Assembly (NCBI RefSeq): GCF_049075655.1
Contig: NZ_CP157522.1
Coordinates: forward strand, 1,280,001 to 1,344,000
Length of the DNA stretch: 64,000 bases
Direction of reading: 5' to 3'
From: Methanothermococcus sp. Ax23
GTDB taxonomy: Archaea; AGJL01; Methanococci; Methanococcales; Methanococcaceae
In this document: positions 60,869 through 64,000 of the stretch, piece by piece
Position numbering within the stretch: the stretch's first letter is position 1
Layout of the letters: each line of letters opens with the position of its first letter
Notes under the pieces: generated by a model
Database searches by the model: none
The model's input: the letters and a program-made list of their open reading frames with translations, nothing else
What the model was told of the DNA's origin: nothing
Position numbers and translations under genes: made by a program

Positions 60869-61845
60869 AATATAAGAATATTTTGATAACAGGAAGTGCG
60901 GGATTTATTGGATTTCATTTAAGCAAATATTTATTAGATAATTATAATAATGTCCAAGTCATTGGGATTGATAATCTAAATAATTACTACAATCCCCTTT
61001 TAAAGGAAAAGAGAAATGATATCTTAAAAAATTATGAAAATTACAATTTTATTAAAATGGATTTTTCCAACTGGGATGATTTAGTTAATAATTTAGATGA
61101 TAAGGATATCGATTTAATCGTTCATCTCGGAGCTCAGGCAGGTGTGAGATACTCATTAGAAAATCCATGGGCTTATGAATCATCAAATTTATTGGGAACA
61201 TTGAATATATATGAGCTCGCTAGAAAGTTTGATATAGAAAAGGTTGTTTATGCTTCGTCATCATCAGTATATGGTGGGAACAAAAAGATTCCATTCAGTG
61301 AAGATGATAATGTAGATAAGCCTGTTTCACTATATGCCGCAACAAAAAAATCAAATGAATTAATGGCACATACATACCACCATTTATACAACATAAAAAT
61401 GATAGGATTAAGATTTTTTACAGTTTATGGAGAATATGGAAGACCTGACATGGCATATTTTAAATTTGTAAAAAAAATATTATCAAATGAACCTATTGAC
61501 ATATATAACTATGGAAATATGGAAAGAGATTTTACCTATATATCCGATGTTGTAGATGGAATAGTTTCATCTATTGAAAAGGATTTTGATTATGAAATTT
61601 TTAATTTAGGGAACTCCAAACCTGTTAAGTTAATGTATTTTGTAGAGCTCATAGAAAAATACCTTAACAAAAAGGCGGAAAAGAATTTTTTACCTATGCA
61701 GGATGGGGATGTTTTAAGAACTTATGCGGATTTAAACAAAAGCAACGAGCTGTTGGGATATAATCCGAAGGTTTCTATTGAAGAAGGGTTGAAAAGGTTT
61801 TGTAATTGGTTTTTAGATAATAAAGAATGGCTGTTAAAATTATAA
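60865..61845 (+). CDS. UDP-glucuronate 4-epimerase-like SDR
   Basis: TGSAGFIG, AQAGVRYS, SSSSVYG, YAATK, GRPDMA. Confidence 0.9.
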   Translation: MKYKNILITGSAGFIGFHLSKYLLDNYNNVQVIGIDNLNNYYNPLLKEKRNDILKNYENYNFIKMDFSNWDDLVNNLDDKDIDLIVHLGAQAGVRYSLENPWAYESSNLLGTLNIYELARKFDIEKVVYASSSSVYGGNKKIPFSEDDNVDKPVSLYAATKKSNELMAHTYHHLYNIKMIGLRFFTVYGEYGRPDMAYFKFVKKILSNEPIDIYNYGNMERDFTYISDVVDGIVSSIEKDFDYEIFNLGNSKPVKLMYFVELIEKYLNKKAEKNFLPMQDGDVLRTYADLNKSNELLGYNPKVSIEEGLKRFCNWFLDNKEWLLKL

Positions 61846-61867
61846 TTTATTAGATATTGGTGCTATA

Positions 61868-63832
61868 ATGTGCGGAATCAATGGGGTAATTAGATTTAAT
61901 GAAGATATTTCAAAGGATGAGCTCGAATCAATGAATAAGTCCATAAAACATAGAGGTCCTGATGATAATGGCATTTATATATTTAATTCCAAAAACCTTC
62001 GGTTTTTGTCCCCTGAAGGTTCCAAAAATTATTCCGTTGGATTGGGGCACGTGAGGTTGTCAATTTTAGATTTATCTGAAAAAGGACATCAACCTATAGG
62101 GTATGGTATTGAAGATGATAAAATTATATATAATGATAATGAGTTAGATGATGCCGATATAATTATCGTCTATAACGGTGAAGTTTATAATTATTTGGAA
62201 TTAAAGGAAAAATATGATTTAAATACTGAAACAGGAACTGATACAGAAGTTATTTTAAAGTTATATTATAAATTGGGCTTTGATTGTGTAAAAGAATTTA
62301 ATGGGATGTGGGCGTTTTGTATCTTCGATAAAAGGAAAAATTTAATTTTTTGTTCAAGGGATAGGTTGGGGCAAAAACCGTTTTATTATTATTTTAATGA
62401 AAATACTAATGAATTTATTTTCTCTTCTGAATTAAAGGGGATAATATCTGTTAAAGACATAAATAAAAAGGAAAATATTAACAAAGATGCCGTTAATCTA
62501 TATTTTGCACTTGGATTTATCCCATCCCCCCATTCAATTTACAAGAATGTTTTTAAATTAGAAGCCAGGCAAAATTTAATATTTGATTTAAATAGTAAAG
62601 AAATTAAAAAGAATTACTATTGGGAGCTCCCAAATTATAATCCAATTTATGATAAAAATAAATTAATTGAAGAAGGTAAAAAACTACTTTATGATGCCGT
62701 TAAACTAAGAATGCGTTCAGATGTTCCAGTTGGAGCATTTTTAAGTGGTGGTTTGGATAGCTCTTCTGTTGTTGGAATTATGAGTAAATACACTGATTTA
62801 AAAAACCTACATACTTTTTCCATAGGCTTCGAAGGAAAATATGATGAAACACCATATATAAATGTAGTTAAGGATTATTTTAAAACAAATCACCATCATT
62901 ATTATTTTAAAGAGGAGGATTTTGTAGAGCTCATTGATAAATACGGCTGGATTTATGATGAGCCATTTGGTGATTACAGTGGATTTCCAACATATAAAGT
63001 TTCTGAGATGGCAAAACAATTTGTAAGTGTTTCATTAAGTGGTGATGGAGGAGATGAAATTTTTGGAGGCTATCGATTTCATCTGATTAGTAAAAGAATA
63101 GAATATTTAAAAAAAATCCCTGTATCAGTTAGAAAGATATTTTTAAACATGTTGAGTAATAATTTACTAAAAAAAAATTCCATATTGTATTTAATTAGAG
63201 AAGCAGTTAAATTATCCCTAATTGAAAATAATGAAAAATTTTACTCAGAATTATTCGATGGAGATTTTATTATTTCCGATGAGGGCAAAAGTTGGATAGA
63301 AAAAAATTTAAAATACTGCTTAAATAAAACAGATAATAATTTATCTGAATCCCTTAGAATTTTTGATTTATTATTTAGAACATTATCTGATAATTTTTTA
63401 GTTAAGGTGGATAGGGCATCGATGGCAAATGCATTAGAGGTTAGAAGTCCCTTTTTAGATTACAGATTTGCAGAATTTAGTCAAAAAATCCCAACAGAAT
63501 TTAAAGTCGATTTCTTTAAAACAAAAAAATTAATGAGGGAAATTATTAAGGATATTTTGCCAGATGAGATAGTTAATAGAGGAAAGGGAGGTTTTGAACC
63601 GCCATTGGATATGTGGATTTTGAATGAAAAATATGATAGTATTTTGGAAAATGGAATTGCTATTTTAGAAGACATTGGGTTGGAGCAGTTGGTTAAATTT
63701 TATAAAACTAAAATCTTTATGTCAAATCAAAGATTTGTCAAACCAAAGGTAAAGAAAAATAATAAGCTTTATAGTATTTACAAGATTAGGTTGTTTTTGT
63801 TTGCTAAATGGTGGGAGAGATGGATAAGGTAA
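61868..63832 (+). CDS. asnB: Asparagine synthase-like glutamine amidotransferase (probably glycan amidation)
   Basis: MCGI, HRGPD, NGEVYN, LSGGLDSS, GDGGDE, KVDRASMA; lies in a nucleotide-sugar cluster. Confidence 0.92.
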   Translation: MCGINGVIRFNEDISKDELESMNKSIKHRGPDDNGIYIFNSKNLRFLSPEGSKNYSVGLGHVRLSILDLSEKGHQPIGYGIEDDKIIYNDNELDDADIIIVYNGEVYNYLELKEKYDLNTETGTDTEVILKLYYKLGFDCVKEFNGMWAFCIFDKRKNLIFCSRDRLGQKPFYYYFNENTNEFIFSSELKGIISVKDINKKENINKDAVNLYFALGFIPSPHSIYKNVFKLEARQNLIFDLNSKEIKKNYYWELPNYNPIYDKNKLIEEGKKLLYDAVKLRMRSDVPVGAFLSGGLDSSSVVGIMSKYTDLKNLHTFSIGFEGKYDETPYINVVKDYFKTNHHHYYFKEEDFVELIDKYGWIYDEPFGDYSGFPTYKVSEMAKQFVSVSLSGDGGDEIFGGYRFHLISKRIEYLKKIPVSVRKIFLNMLSNNLLKKNSILYLIREAVKLSLIENNEKFYSELFDGDFIISDEGKSWIEKNLKYCLNKTDNNLSESLRIFDLLFRTLSDNFLVKVDRASMANALEVRSPFLDYRFAEFSQKIPTEFKVDFFKTKKLMREIIKDILPDEIVNRGKGGFEPPLDMWILNEKYDSILENGIAILEDIGLEQLVKFYKTKIFMSNQRFVKPKVKKNNKLYSIYKIRLFLFAKWWERWIR

Positions 63833-64000
63833 TTTGTAAAAGTTATAAATCACTAAACGGAGAATCAAAAATAGTGATTATAAATAAAAATTGTCCATAC
63901 AGTTCTAAAAACACAAATGTGTCAAGAATTCACTTAATAGGACATATTGTTGATGAAATAATATCGTTAAGTATCACAATTTTCCGAAGAGTTTTAAAAT

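Noticed and set aside
63850-64000. Start of another gene at the window edge
   Set aside because: Too little sequence to support a call

Overview
AT-rich (roughly 30% GC by eye) chromosomal segment of a Methanococcales archaeon, most like Methanothermococcus/Methanococcus (methanogen marker genes, NrpR operators, GGTGA ribosome-binding sites, inteins in Hel308 and UDP-glucose dehydrogenase). Housekeeping content: serA, cooC, nickel (nikMNQO) and cobalt (cbiMNQO) ECF transporters, hel308, pyk, aroC, class I aldolase, mptG, two amt-glnK pairs, nadX, mogA, hacA, dacZ, cfbB/cbiA, aRF1, the start of a nucleotide-sugar cluster, tRNA-Thr(GGT) and a C/D box sRNA. Mobile content: three tnpB-only IS200/IS605 elements, one MITE derived from them, and three DDE IS elements or remnants. 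Most notable unexplained signals: (1) the palindrome GAGCTC occurs at least 74 times (about 4 expected from base composition) and is missing from the mobile elements; (2) a family of 33-54 nt hairpin micro-insertions sits in transposon ends and in frame inside proteins; (3) the MITE has kept a covarying stem/internal-loop/stem taken from the middle of tnpB, and its right end replaces the cooC stop codon silently; (4) an unannotated structured GC-rich RNA candidate lies at about 41.9-42.2 kb. All counts and alignments were made by eye and all product names come from recognising sequence families, not from database searches.
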